From a virus, in the IMG/VR virus record IMGVR_UViG_3300025872_000037, positions 64,088 to 128,087 of that record: a stretch of 64,000 nucleotides of DNA; one strand, 5' to 3'. Within the stretch, counting starts at the first letter, position 1; every line of letters starts with the position of its first letter. The notes below the pieces were generated by a model that was not told where the DNA came from, did no database searches, and was given only the letters and a program-made list of their open reading frames with translations. The position numbers and the translations under genes were made by a program. Of this stretch, positions 63,714 through 64,000 are shown one piece after another.

Positions 63714-64000
63714 ATGGCTGTCTACGCGAACATCTCGATTGACCAGGGATCAGATTTTACCTCAACTGTGACTGTAGAGGGTTCTGATGGTATCGCATTT
63801 AACCTGACAGGATATACTGCCCGCGGCCAGATTCGCAAGTCATATACCTCTACTACTGCTGTTAATTTCTCGACAGCAATCAATTCACCTACGCAAGGCA
63901 CAATTCAGCTCACACTGACAGCAGTACAAACTGGCGCGATGAAAGCCGGCCGTTATTTGTATGACATTGAGGTGGTACAGACCTCTACAAGTAAAGTTAC
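63714..64000 (+). CDS. Conserved virion protein (partial)
   Basis: MAVYANISIDQGSDF...NLTGYTARGQIRKSY...GRYLYDIEV; TATAAATA at 63697-63704. Confidence 0.75.
   Translation, partial: MAVYANISIDQGSDFTSTVTVEGSDGIAFNLTGYTARGQIRKSYTSTTAVNFSTAINSPTQGTIQLTLTAVQTGAMKAGRYLYDIEVVQTSTSKV

Overview
64 kb of a T4-like (Tevenvirinae/cyanomyovirus-type architecture) myophage genome. It has no integrase, CRISPR array or rRNA. Left to right: (1) 1-3.9 kb, conserved accessory genes (RNase H end, pyrimidine-dimer glycosylase, Zn-ribbon protein, PhoH, exonuclease, ClpP). (2) 4.9-10.8 kb, an RNA island with 16 tRNAs, one pseudo-tRNA, a tmRNA, two HNH genes and about 20 unannotated structured RNA units. The main cluster is headed by what looks like a ribosome-sensing transcription attenuator. 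(3) A haemagglutinin-domain (TPS-like) protein plus an outer-membrane beta-barrel. (4) Small leaderless early genes whose promoters carry a repeated 25-bp dyad motif, plus DNA ligase. (5) A lipoprotein/TM spanin-like gene, a methyltransferase/glycosyltransferase trio and a late operon CsgF-CsgG-curlin-FecR-CHASE2 adenylate cyclase. (6) gp33, gp59, gp32. (7) A minus-strand tail block (gp4, gp2, tube-like protein, gp26, gp51, tape measure) with a candidate -1 frameshift joining gp26 to gp51. (8) Baseplate genes gp48, gp53, hub, gp5, gp25, gp6, gp7, gp8, a split VrlC-like gene and a 2077-aa tail fibre. All calls come from motif recognition and hand-pairing by eye; no searches or folding programs were run.
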